A stretch of 55,859 nt of DNA from Fonticula alba ATCC 38817 (lineage: Eukaryota; Protista; Nucleariida): the NCBI GenBank assembly GCA_000388065.2, contig KB932215.1; one strand, given 5' to 3'. The notes below the pieces were generated by a model. It ran no database searches, was not told where the DNA came from, and worked only from the letters and a program-made list of their open reading frames with translations. Of this stretch, positions 23,716 through 34,751 are shown piece after piece (positions within the stretch are counted from its first letter, which is position 1; each line of letters begins with the position of its first letter). Made by a program: the position numbers and the translations under genes.

Positions 23716-25791
23716 CACGAAGAACTGAGAGTGTCCATGGCGCCGCCTCGGCTGCCACTGGCCAGGAGGGTCGCCAAGAGGGTCACCAGCTGGGCCTCAT
23801 CCGTCACGGCGGACAGCGTGTCGAGGGCCCCCGGCGGGAGGACAATGCGCGAGGCAGCCAGGTCCGACAGAAGTGTCGACAGGAGTGACATGGCCATCTC
23901 CGAGAGGGTCAGCGGGGCCGCTGGCTGTGCCAGGAACGCCGGCTGCTGCTGCTGCTGCTGTGGCTGTTGCAGAAAGGGCAGCTCCTCCGGGAGCGGCTGA
24001 GCGGGCCGGACCGGCTCGGCGGGCTGGACGGGCGGCGCCATGGGAAGCAGCTGGTACAGGGAGGCCGGGTCTGCCAGTTCCGGGCCCCGGCCCGGGGCTG
24101 ATGCCCCCATGGCTCGGGGGCTGCGGGCCGGGGACACGTTGTCTCTCGGCGCCGCCGTCGGTGCTGCGGCTGCCGGCATTGCGGCCGCCGGCGCTGCTGA
24201 CGCCGGCCTCGACGGGCCCGGGCCCGGGCCCGGGGCCGCGGCCGCGGCCGCGCCACCGCCAGGCGAAGGGCCCGGCTGCTGGGGGCCGGCCCGGCGGTTG
24301 TGCCGGCCCGAGCGCCGCTGGCCAGTCAGCCCGGCCTCGCGCAAACGCAACGACACCAGCGGCACCGAGCGATTCACTCGCCGCGCGATGTCGGTATACG
24401 ACCAGCCCAGCTGGTAGAGCTCGATGATTTTGAGCCGAATCAGCTCCTTCACCTCGCCCGGGGACACGGCAATCGGGCTGGCCTGGCGACTGGACGAGCA
24501 GCTGGAGGAAGGGCCCTCCCCCGTGGCCGAGGGCGGATCGGCGCGGGCCGGGGCCGCCGGCCCGGCGGCCATGGCCGGGGGCTTGTCGTCGGCCGGGCGC
24601 TTGTCGCCGGACCGGCGCTCGGCCGACCGCCGGCCGCCCGCCGGCAAGGCCCCCACCTGTGGCCGGGCCAAAAGCATGCCGCTCGGCGCCGGCAACAGGG
24701 CCCCCGGTGCCAGGAGCAGGTCCCCGGGCGGCGGCAGGACCAAGTCCCCGGACGGCGTCAGCAGCAGCTCCCCATGGTGCGAGGGAAGCAGCAGCTCCCC
24801 CCGGTGTGGCCAGCCGCCGGCCGGGGGCGGCCTCGGCGCCGGGGGGGGCCGCTCCGGCGACGCGGCCGACCCCGAGAGCGGCGCGAGCACCGGCGACGAA
24901 GCGCCCGCCGGCTCCGGCGTCGCGGACCCCGGGCCCGGGGCCAGCGAGGGGACCAGCACCCCGGGCGAGGGAAGCACCGCCGGGAAGGCCGACGACGTGC
25001 CCTCCACCGGGTCCCGGCCCGGGGTGGTGCCAGGCAAAGGGCCGCACGGTGGCCGAAGGGCCGATGTCGGCGAGAGCGGCGGCGGGCTCGCGGCCGGGCA
25101 GGGGCCCACGGACGAAGAGGAGGCCGAGCCCGAGGATGATGGCACCACCGCCGGCCGGGCAGTGGCCGACATGGGCGCCACCACCGGGCCCATGGGCGTG
25201 GCAGACCCGGGCACCGGGGCCGGGGGGGCCGAGCGGGCCGCCGCCGAGGCCCGAGCCCCGGCCAGCGGCCCCACGCTCGGCTTCTCCACCAACAGCGCAG
25301 CCGCCACCGCCTCCACCAGGGCCGCTGTGGCATGGGTGTGGCCGGGGCCCCCGGTGGCCGGCTTGGTCGGTGCGGCCGGAGTCGGGGGCCCGGGCACACT
25401 GGTGCTCGAGGTGCCGGCCGTGGCCGTGGCGCGGGCCTTGCCGGCGCCGGAGCCAGGGCGTTTGGGCGACCGCGGGGAGGCTGCCGGCAGGAGCCCCGCC
25501 GACCGGAGCTCCCGCACTCGCAGATTGATGAGCGACGTCGACCGGCCCAGCATGCTGGCAATCTCCTCCAGCGAGTGCCCATCACTGTAGAGCTCGGCCA
25601 CGCGCAGGCGCGAGGCGTCGGCACTGGCTGATCGGGCCCCATCCAGGGGGAACCCCCGGTAGTGCCGAGAGGAGCTGCTCTCCAGCCGCTGACGCAGGAG
25701 GCCGGTCGAGGAAGCCGGCTCGCTGGGGCCCGGCGACAGGGGCTCCTCCCGGGGCTCCGGTGCCCCGGGCCCGGGGATGGCTGGCGGTGGC

Positions 25792-25848
<57 letters not shown>

Positions 25849-26471
25849 GGCTGCTGCTGCTCTGGCTGCTCTGGCTGCTTTGGCTGCTCTGGCTGCTTTG
25901 GCTGCTGTTTTCGTTGGCCCTGGTGCTGCTGGGCCTGCCTTGTCTGTGGCCCATGCTGCGCCTCGCGCTGCTGCTCGGTCTGGTCCTCACGCTGCGGCTC
26001 GCACTGCGCCTCGCGCTGCGGCTCGGTCTGCTCCCCGCGCTGCGGCTCACACTGCTCCTCGCGCTGCGGCTCGGTCTGCTCCCCGCGCTGCTGCTCCGGC
26101 TCGGGCTCCTGATCTTGGCTCGGCGGCGATGGCGACAACAAGGATGAGGCAGACGCCCCGGAGTTGACCAGCGAGCAGGGGGACAGGGGCAGCCCCAGGG
26201 ACGAGGAGCTGGGCTCGCTGGAGGGGCATGTCGACGCGGTGGCTGACGACCGGCTGCCGGGGCGCGATGTGACGGCGCCCGGCGGCGAGGCCTGCACATG
26301 GCGGCCTGGCATGGGGGCCTTGCGGGTGCTGTCCGGCGTCAGCGGCTTGCCGGGGCTTGGCGCTGGCCGGCTACTGGCCGCTGACGAGCCATCATCACCG
26401 GCAGCACCGGTGGGCGCCGGCTGCGCCTCGCACGAAATGGGTGACCCCTCGCCAGTGTCCCTGGAGAGCAT
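23235..26471 (-). CDS. PolyQ-rich putative transcription factor with two trihelical HTH modules (paired/Tc1-like), 1,078 aa
   Basis: Single open frame from ATG 26471 to TGA 23235. HTH1 RLRVAELYSDGHSLEEIASMLGRSTSLINLRVRE at ~25505-25612; HTH2 IRLKIIELYQLGWSYTDIARRVNRSVPLVSLRLRE at ~24335-24440. Basic stretch RRSGRHNRR follows HTH2. Two polyQ tracts. A CAG acceptor sits just before the ATG (26473-26475), so an upstream exon is possible. Confidence 0.78.
23533..23711 (-). repeat. Coding Leu-punctuated polyQ tract (~60 aa)
   Basis: CAG/CAA runs with periodic Leu codons. Confidence 0.93.
25798..26100 (-). repeat. Coding (CAG)16, QPE/QPK repeats and a 24-bp (8-aa) tandem repeat
   Basis: EQTEPQRE/EQCEPQRG-type units followed by QPKQPEQ and Q16. 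Confidence 0.9.
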
Positions 26472-29400
26472 CCTGCCGAGGGAGGACAGTCATGAATGGG
26501 GGCGTGCCAGTCGGGGAAAGGAGGCGGGAGGGGGAGGCAGGGGGGTGGGGACGAGGGGAAGGCGTGCCCTCACAACAGGTGGCAGTGGATGGATGGACGT
26601 GGGCGACAGCGCCGCCAGGGGCTCCAATCCGGAAGCGAAGGACGCGGCACGCGGACTTGCACCCGACCGCACGGCTGGCAGGGCGTCAACGATGTGACCT
26701 GTCGTGAGCAAGGCGCCAGGAAGAGGCGCACCGGGTAGCAGGGGGGGGGGGGGGGGCAGAGGGGTGGAGGGGGAAAGGCCTGCTTGCGAACAAGGGGCAA
26801 GGCAGGGAAAGACACCGTCCACACACGCGTGCCCAGACACACACACACACACACGCACACACGCACGTGCGCGCATACACACGCAGGCAGGTGGGGAAGG
26901 GGAGAAACAGGGATGGACACGGGAAAGGGGCAGGTAAGGGGTGAGAGAGGGGGAGCAGGGGGCAAAGGGGAGAGAGAGAGGGGGGGGGGCGAGGTGGATG
27001 GAACGGTGTGCCAGCGAGGCTGGGCCGCTCGGGAGCCACCGGTCCCCATCAATGGGACCGGGTAGTGAGACGGGCACGGTGGGGGGGGGGGGACATTGGT
27101 TGGGAGCGCGGCAGGGCTGCTGGCCTTCCCCTGCTCCCTCGGCCAATGTGCATGGCCGTCTCGCGCCTTTTGCCTGTCTCACCCGGCCAGGCGTGCCCAT
27201 CTTTCCGGGCCGGCTGGCGGCAGAAGGGATGGGGGGGGGGAATACTTCACGATTTGGATGTCGGCCGACGGCGGGACATGGCGCCAGCGGCGGCCGGNNN
27301 NNNNNNNNNNNNNNNNNNNNNNNNNNNNNNNNNNNNNNNNNNNNNNNNNNNNNNNNNNNNNNNNNNNNNNNNGGGGGGGGGGGGACTGAGGCACGCGCTC
27401 TGGGAAATTATCGGCCAGAAGAAACGGTCAGGCACGCGGCCCGGGCGTGCGTAGCTCAGCAGGGCAGGCCGAGGGGGCCGAGCGACTTGGACCCGGCCGG
27501 CATGTGACGGACTCCCATCTCGCTCGCCCTGCCGGCGAGATGCGGCACGGGGCTGGACTCGCGGCCGGGTTGCCCGAATCCGCGACCAGACACACGCCGC
27601 GGCCAGCCGCCCTTGCCCCAACCCGGCCCGTCCTCCCCCCCTCCCCCTGGTCCAGGGCCACCCCGCCTGCCCCGCTCGGACCCTGCTCACCGACGGCCCT
27701 CACCTTCGGCCGTGCACGCGCGGCCGCCGGCCCGTGCACAGGCAGGCAGACAGCACATGCGCCCCACACGCGCCGCCCATGCACCCGTGCATCGGAACTA
27801 AACGACAGCTGAGCCCGGGGTAGGGGGCCGGCCGGCCGGTCGGTCGGTCGGTCGGCCGGCCAAGAGTGTGTGTGTGTGTGTGTGACTCTCGAAATGCTCC
27901 GCCGCGCGGAGGAGCTGGTGCGGGGAGATGCCTCACAAAGCCGGATTCGGGCAAAGGGGGGCGCACCTGGAAGGGGGGGGGGGCAGGGTGGAGCCGGCCA
28001 AAGTGGGAGGAGATCCGTGAACGCACGTCCTGAACAGGGGTCCCGGTCGCAGGCGGGTGGCGGAGGCGTGCACGCAATCACCGGCGCCGCAGTTGCCTAC
28101 CCTGTGTCTCGCTCTGGGGGGGTGGGGGGGGGGGGGTGGGGTGGGGCGTGGGCGGGTGCTTCCTTCGACGGACCCTGTCCAGTGAGGGGAGGTAGGAGCA
28201 CCGACTTGCTAATGATTATCAGAGTTGTGCGGGGGAGGGTGGGGTGGGGGATGGGGCGCGCGCGCGCGCACGGAAGAACGCACGCAGCACCGGGGAAGAG
28301 AGCTCAAGTGAAAGGAAGAGGGACGGCGGGCGCGGGGGAGGGGCAGGGGAAAAGAGAGAGAGAGGGGGGCGGGGGAGAGCGAGAATCAGGGGAGGCGTAT
28401 TGCGGTCGTTGGGTAGGCCCAGGCCCCGCGGCGGGGCCCCAGGAATACGCCGTGGGGGGGCCCCCCCCCCCCCCCCCTCTCTCTCCCTCTCTCCCTCTCT
28501 CTGTCTATTTCCTTACCCCCAGCCTTTTCGGGGGGGGGGGGGGGGTGCTGTTTCGGACCCCCGCAATGTCTCTGGAGTCCTCCTCAAAAAAGGGGAGTGC
28601 CCAAGTCAGGGTGCCTATCCCAGGGCGGGGCCAGGAAGTGTGTGTGATGGGCGCTCGCGAGAGCCTGCTCGCGCGCTCGAGAAGCCTCGCGCTTCCGGGG
28701 GGGCGGGGAAATTGTGGAGTCAAGATGACCGGGGGCGGGGGGACGCGATTGCGCGCGGGCGCACGCGGCCCGGGGCCCCAGCGGGTCGGGCCATCACAGA
28801 CTGCCGTGCGCCCGGCGGATGAGCGCCGGAAACCATGCTCCGAGGCCGGTCGCGGGGGGCTCATGTGAAAGAAACACCTTGTGACCGAGAGAGCGAGCGA
28901 AAAAGCGTGAGCCTCCGGAGTTTTGGTGTAGTGTGTGATGTGCCTGTGCAGCCAGGCCCGGGCGCCGGAGGCGGCCGCCCCCTGCCCGGCCTTGCGGAAG
29001 CGCGCGCGATCGGGCCCCGCCTACGCTTCGTACTTGGGAGCCCCGGAACGCCAGATCAGCCAACGTGCCCCTAGACACGGCCGTTTTCGATGACCGGACG
29101 ACCGTGGAGCCTACCTGCCCAGATGGACACGGGGGCCTCCCGGGCGCGTACGGCCCCCCCCCCCCCCCCCCCGCCCGCCCGCCCGTCTGTCCGCCCGCCC
29201 GCCCGCCCGCCCTCGCCGGGCCCCATGATGGGGGGAGCAATGCGCCCGGCTCCCACCCCTGTCCCGGCCGGCGGCGGGCAACCGACTTTGTGGTTGCCCG
29301 CCGCCCGGAAGGCCGGGTGCCGGGCGATGTTTCCACCGGGGGCGGGGGGGGGGGGGAGGGCCTGGCCGCGCGTTTGCTCGCCCGGCCGCACCAACACCGG

Positions 29401-29612
29401 GGCCGCGGGCCCATCCTCTCGTCCGGGCCGGACGGAGGTGATTTCACGCCCCGGAGCGTGGTGCGAGAGGAATGTGCCGGGGCGCCGTTGCATGTTGGGC
29501 CTCGCCCCCGGGGAGCGGAGGGGGGGGGGGGGGGCCGGGGGCCGGGGGCCGGAAGCAGTCACAATGGCCAAGCGACGGACCCACCAGGCCGACGGCTGGC
29601 CCCCCCGCCCCT

Positions 29613-29656
<44 letters not shown>

Positions 29657-32264
29657 AGGGTCGCGGGGCTTGGCCGCTGCGGCCGCCGGCATCACTCACG
29701 GAGGGGGGCTAATATTTCCGCCGTCTCAAGGGCGGCTCGGCTCGCGCTCCCCCCGCCCCAGGGGGCAGCGACATACATCGGAGGTGGGAGAGCGGGGACG
29801 GGGGCCGCCGCGCCAGGGCGGCGCGCCTGTTTGCCGAGCGCAGGTTGGTCCGACCGCGGCCGGACCGTGGTAAAAGGGACGTTGGGAGCGTCGCCAGGCT
29901 GGTCGGGGACTCCCGGCTAGATGCACAGTCAGTCCCGGCGCCGGCGACCGGCCGCCCGCCGGGGCCACAATGAAGGAGGCCCGGCCGAGGGAAAAGGATG
30001 AAGAAGTCCTCGGCGCCGGGCGGCCGGAAGGAGGGGCGGAAGAAAATAAACAAACACCCTCCCGGGAAAGGGCACGCCTGGGAAAGACCCGCGCAGGTCT
30101 TGGCGCGGGGGAGTGTGGGCCCGCCGGGGGAAGTGGGCGGCCGGGCGGCCGGGCAGCGGCCCGGGCCTAAACAACACGCGACACCCCCGACCGGGGCCCC
30201 TCCGCGGCGGCCTCTCGCGCTCGGCTGACTCCGGCCGGCGGGCACGCGCGCCCGGGAGTATTGCGTGCGCACGCGCGAAGAGCACCCCGGCACTTGGGGC
30301 GGCCGGCGGCCGAACGGGCACACGCGTGTCGCCCCCCCCCCCCCCCCNNNNNNNNNNNNNNNNNNNNNNNNNNNNNNNNNNNNNNNNNNNNNNNNNNNNN
30401 NNNNNNNNNNNNNNNNNNNNNNNNNNNNNNNNNNNNNNNNNNNNNNNNNNNNNNNNNNNNNNNNNNNNNNNNNNNNNNNNNNNNNNNNNNNNNNNNNNNN
30501 NNNNNNNNNNNNNNNNNNNNNNNNNNNNNNNNNNNNNNNNNNNNNNNNNNNNNNNNNNNNNNNNNNNNNNNNNNNNNNNNNNNNNNNNNNNNNNNNNNNN
30601 NNNNNNNNNNNNNNNNNNNNNNNNNNNNNNNNNNNNNNNNNNNNNNNNNNNNNNNNNNNNNNNNNNNNNNNNNNNNNNNNNNNNNNNNNNNNNNNNNNNN
30701 NNNNNNNNNNNNNNNNNCCCGCCGCCCGAGCATCCGCACGGGCCAACAGCGAAGCGCCGGTACCCACGCGCGGGGGCGCTCCATCGGACGCGCGGACCGC
30801 GGCGATCGACCCCTCCGGCTGGGGGTCTCGGCCGCACCCTCCCGGGCGACGCTCAGGCCAGGAAGGGCAAAGCGCCGGCCGTCCCCGAGTGCCGGCGCGC
30901 CACAACGGCCGTGTGATCCTGGTCTGCTCGGCCCCCCTCCCCCCGCCCCGGCCGGCGCTCGCCCGCCTTTCGGGCCCGACCACCGGCGGGGAAATATGAC
31001 CTGGAGGCGCTCTCGGTCCGCTTGTTGCCATCCCCCGGGCCGTGCCCCCGCCTCTGTCCGGCCCCCCGTTGCCCGGCCCCCAGGAGCCCGAGCCCGCGGA
31101 TCATCCGAGCTGGGAGCGGGGGGAGCACAGGGGGCGGGGCACTAGACACCGCGCAGCGCGCTCCCAGGGCGGCGGAAAACCCGCCAGACCCGGCCGCCCG
31201 GGCCGGGCCCGCGCACAGCTCAATCGGCCGATCAGAGAGGCATGGATGCGGTCTCCCCCCCCCCTCGGTGTCTGCGTCGGCCGGCGGGGCCGCCAAAGGC
31301 ATGCTCGCCCATGCGCATCGCATGCCCCCCGCCCTCCAGGCATGCGCACACATGCATGGATTTTTAGACGCGTGCGCGCGCGCACCCCCTCCGGCCCCTT
31401 GTTTGTCACACCCTCGCACGCGCGCGCGCGCTCGCGGCCAGGACGCCCAGACCGGGAGTCGGCAGGGGGGGGGGGGGCTCCGCGCGCCGCGCCGCACGGC
31501 CCATGGGAACAGCGCGTGGGGGGCATCTCCCCGGCATATGAGGGCCGCGTGTGCACATCTCCCATGGCCCTGGGATGGGATCGGGGGGGGGGGGGGGGGG
31601 ACGGCGGGCCGCGGTGATGATCGACGCTCGCACGCCCTGGCCACCACACGGCCCATGTCGGCGGCCAGATGGGGGTGGGAGAGACGGCCCGGCGCACGCA
31701 CGCCCGGGTTCAAGCATGCGCGCGCGCTCGTCGGGGCCCATTCCCGGAGGTGCCCCAAAAAGATGCTTGACACTGTCGTGCAGCCCCCCCTCCTCGGCCC
31801 CGGCCCCGCCCCCCGCCCCCCGTGCCGTCAGGGGGCCAGCACCCGTGAGAGAGAGCCGGGAACGACAACGCGGAGGCCCGGACCGGGGGGCGCGGGCGGA
31901 GTCCCCGCCGCGGGGCGGGGTTGGGGGCCGCGCGATGCGCCGGCGTGCATGCGCGCGTGCGCCCTTGTGTCAAACACGGGGGCGACCCGCAGAGGGGCGC
32001 GAGCGGGGAAGGGGGGGGGCGGGGGCGGGGCTGAGAACCTCCCTGGCCGCGTAATCCCGGGCCAGGACACTTTGCCGCCCGGCCCAGGGCGTAACCCAGT
32101 CCCCTGCGGCACAACCGGCCCGCCGAGACGTCTGAGAGGAAACGTCAAACTGGCCACGCTGGTGACACCACCGTGCGGCCCGACCCGGAAAGTAAGACAC
32201 GCCCCCGCCCCCGGGGGGAGGGGGAACCGGGCGGGGGTGGAGCGCCGACACACCGAACGCTACA

Positions 32265-32308
<44 letters not shown>

Positions 32309-33081
32309 NNNNNNNNNNNNNNNNNNNNNNNNNNNNNNNNNNNNNNNNNNNNNNNNNNNNNNNNNNNNNNNNNNNNNNNNNNNNNNNNNNNNNNNNNNNN
32401 NNNNNNNNNNNNNNNNNNNNNNNNNNNNNNNNNNNNNNNNNNNNNNNNNNNNNNNNNNNNNNNNNNNNNNNNNNNNNNNNNNNNNNNNNNNNNNNNNNNN
32501 NNNNNNNNNNNNNNNNNNNNNNNNNNNNNNNNNNNNNNNNNNNNNNNNNNNNNNNNNNNNNNNNNNNNNNNNNNNNNNNNNNNNNNNNNNNNNNNNNNNN
32601 NNNNNNNNNNNNNNNNNNNNNNNNNNNNNNNNNNNNNNNNNNNNNNNNNNNNNNNNNNNNNNNNNNNNNNNNNNNNNNNNNNNNNNNNNNNNNNNNNNNN
32701 NNNNNNNNNNNNNNNNNNNNNNNNNNNNNNNNNNNNNNNNNNNNNNNNNNNNNNNNNNNNNNNNNNNNNNNCGGGGCCAGCTGCCGGACTCCCCCCCCCC
32801 CCCCCCCCCCCCCGCCCCGACTGCCCGGCGGCCCGCCTTTTGGGCCGGCCCAGCGCCCTTGGCCGAGCCGCTCTCGCGCGGGATATGACCCAGTCGGATG
32901 CCTTTGCTCGCTAGCCAGCTGGGGAACGGCCGGCGCGCCGAGCAGGCCCTCGCGTGTGCGGGGGCGTCCGCTCGCGGACTTATTTCCCCCCCCCCCCCCG
33001 CGCCCCCTGCCGCCCGCACTGCGCGCCCCCCCTGCGCCGGGCTGGGCCGAGCAACCCCCCAAGCATCAAGTATTCACCTAT

Positions 33082-33089
33082 TATTTATA
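33082..33089 (-). promoter_or_regulatory. TATA-box-like or poly(A)-signal-like element (TATAAATA on the minus strand)
   Basis: Perfect TATAAATA in a rare AT-rich patch, ~850 nt downstream of the MRPL17 stop on the same strand; function ambiguous. Confidence 0.35.
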
Positions 33090-33940
33090 TTGCCCTCTCG
33101 GCAAATGCCGGCTCCCCCCCCCGCCCCCTCCCCACGCCCAGTGCGCCCCGGCAACAGGGCACCCATCTCCGACGGGGCTGAATGGGCATCCCCCGTCTGA
33201 CCCCGGGCCGGCCGCTCCCACAGCCCCAGTGTCGGCCCGTCTGCCATCCACTCAGCCATACCCGGACAAACAGCAACCCGGTCGTCCCCCCCCCCGTCCC
33301 TCCCACTTCCCCGCCCCACTTGGCGTCCCCACGCCGCGCGCATCGCCTCCCAAAGCCGCAAGCCGCGCTCCGCCAGAATGGCTTGATGGGAGGACATAAA
33401 TTAAGAGGGCGATCACGCGGATATGCAATTAATCCGGCTGCAATGGGCCTAATCACGCCCCGCCGCCTGGGCCTGCTGCCGCCGCCGCCGCCGCCGCCCT
33501 GCATATGTGCCCTGCCTGCCGGCCGGGCGGCGGCCACAGCCGCGGATCCCGGAGACGCCCCCCCCCTCCCCTCTCCCGGACCGAAGGTGCGCAAACACTC
33601 GCCAGGAGGTGCGATCCTCGCCCGTGCCCCGGCCCGGCTGCGTGCGTCACACGCACACTCACACGCACGCAGCAGCAGGCATACATCAAAAGAAGGAGGA
33701 GTCTATTTGGAGGGGGGGGGATGAATGATGTGAGGAGAGGAAAACGCGAGACAGGGGTGTGTGTGTGTGTGTGCACCCGCATCCCCCTCCGAGAGTGGGA
33801 GCGTCTCGGGGGCGGGCTTTTTTTCTTCGGTACGATGGGGGCATGCGTGCACTCGCGCGCCGGTGTGTGCGGAAGCCACACCTCGCAGGAGAGAGTCGCA
33901 AGGGGGGGGGGGGGGGGGGCGCGGCCTCGTGTGTGTCCAC

Positions 33941-34751
33941 CTACTGGGCGCCGCCGGTCTGCTGCTGGCCGCCCTCGGCCTGCTTCTTGTAGAAGTCCTG
34001 CCAGAACTTGCGCTCCTTCGAGGGGGCCAGCGTGTTGCCGAGGGGGCTGTCCACGAACTCGATCACCGACTGCGGGGCGCGGTCACCGAGCCGGGTGCCA
34101 TTCTGTTGCCGATGGCCACCGGATGGGTGCACGGCCGGGCGTGCAGCCAGACCGCGCCAGGGGCAGCGCGGGGGGCAGCGGGTGGAAAGGGGGTCAGCGC
34201 GCATCCATGACTGGCTAGGGTGGCACGTGGAGAAGGGAGAAAGGGAGAGAGCAGGCAACAGAGAGAAAGGAAGAGGCAGGACAGCCGGCAAGCAAGGACA
34301 AAAAAAACCAACTCAAGACAGCCGGGCAGCAGCGGGGGACACACGCACGCGCAGGACACGGGTGTAGCCGCCGGAGCGCTCGCGATACCGGGGGGCGAAC
34401 TCATTGAAGAGCTTGGTCACCAGGGCCGGCTCATTGACGAAGGCCAGGGCCTGGCGCCTCGAGTGCAGCGTGCCATCCTTGGCCAGGGTGACCATCTGCC
34501 GGGGGCCAGGGAGGGGAGAAGCGCGTGTGAGCGTCGCGGGAGAGGGGCGGGGCGAGGGCAGGCGAAGTGCAACACATGGGCGGCGGCCAAATGGCGCGCA
34601 CCTTCTCGGCCAGCGGCTGGATGGCCTTGGCCTTGGCGTGGGTGGTGGTGATGCGCTCGTGCTTGATCAGCTGGGTGACCATGACGCGGAGCATGTGCAT
34701 GCGCGACTTGGAGTCGCGGTTGAGCGAGGAGAAGGCAACACCGTGACGCAT
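33941..34751 (-). CDS. MRPL17: Mitochondrial ribosomal protein bL17m, 152 aa
   Basis: Exons 34751-34602, 34495-34349 and 34102-33941. [46 protein letters not shown]...[22 protein letters not shown]...[13 protein letters not shown] is a classic L17 signature. Confidence 0.95.

Noticed and set aside
23470-26112. Poly-Cys and poly-Leu ORFs (23470-24000, 25777-26112) resembling metallothioneins or keratin-associated proteins
   Set aside because: They are alternative frames of the CAG/CTG tracts of the HTH gene.
23235-26471. Active Tc1/mariner or IS630 transposon
   Set aside because: No DDE/DDD catalytic domain, terminal inverted repeats or target duplication were seen.
26931-26938. Perfect canonical donor CAGGTAAG on the plus strand
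   Set aside because: No plus-strand exon is nearby, and the confidently modelled donors are all GTRCGY.
32127-32146. Hammerhead-ribozyme-like GACGT-CTGAGAGGAA-ACGTC hairpin
   Set aside because: The core reads CUGAGAG rather than CUGANGA, there is no stem II and no cleavage-site helix; it is just a 5-bp hairpin.
33941-34751. Bacterial-looking L17 as recent HGT or contamination
   Set aside because: It has two spliceosomal introns with the genome's donor consensus; a bacterial-like nuclear bL17m is expected from endosymbiotic origin.
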